Shown: positions 17,040 through 17,217 of the stretch, piece by piece
Layout of the letters: every line of letters begins with the position of its first letter
How positions within the stretch are numbered: the stretch's first letter is position 1
Source of the DNA: Planctomycetota bacterium
GTDB lineage: Bacteria; Planctomycetota; SZUA-567; H5-PLA8
Direction: 5' to 3'
Assembly (NCBI GenBank): GCA_045863855.1
Contig: BTVV01000129.1
Span: 1 to 17,217 of the forward strand
DNA length: 17,217 bases
Notes under the pieces: model-generated
What the model was told of the DNA's origin: nothing
Database searches by the model: none
Seen by the model: the letters and a program-made list of their open reading frames with translations, nothing else
Program-made: the position numbers and the translations under genes

Positions 17040-17217
17040 ATGAACACGCCTTTCGACAACGCTCAAGTCCTGGTGGTGGCCACGAGTCTGAACGCCGGAT
17101 CGCGCTCGGCGGTGCTGGCGCGGGAAGCGTACGGACAGCTCCGCGCCCAAGGCATCGCGGCCGAACTGGTCGACCTGCGCGAGCTGGACCTGCCCTTCGC
17201 GACCGGCGGGGGCGAGC
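17040..17217 (+). CDS. NAD(P)H-dependent FMN reductase (SsuE/ChrR-like flavodoxin fold), N-terminal part; runs off the window
   Basis: Not in the ORF track. AGGAG RBS, ATG 17040, translation MNTPFDNAQVLVVATSLNAGSRSAVLAREAYGQLRAQGIAAELVDLRELDLPF matches the S-x-x-x-x-S-x-S phosphate loop and DLxxxxLP motif. Confidence 0.82.
   Translation, partial: MNTPFDNAQVLVVATSLNAGSRSAVLAREAYGQLRAQGIAAELVDLRELDLPFATGGGE

Overview
High-GC bacterial chromosome segment; the DnaK sequence and the exported HEAT-like proteins suggest Planctomycetota (inference). Bases 1-~2208 look like the right end of a lower-GC genomic island integrated in a tRNA-Gly(CCC) gene. This part holds the 3' end of a Zn/Cd-type P1B ATPase, a decayed rve-type integrase, and a truncated HExxH metallopeptidase-like toxin tip with an overlapping PepSY-like putative immunity gene. 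The integrase remnant and the toxin pair are bracketed by two ~80-bp direct repeats, and the island ends in a 3'-half tRNA-Gly att site. The rest is core genome: a thioredoxin-like protein, solo dnaK, queE, a sulfatase, an alpha/beta hydrolase, queC, cinA, two divergent exported helical-repeat proteins, an NRS/ER-like sugar-nucleotide reductase, a hybrid histidine kinase with a pseudo-receiver, and a SufR-like regulator divergent from a VOC protein and an FMN reductase (truncated by the window end). Several intergenic palindromic or MITE-like elements are present. The best candidate for an undescribed system is the repeat-bounded toxin/PepSY-immunity cassette at the island end. All assignments come from motif recognition by eye; no searches were run.
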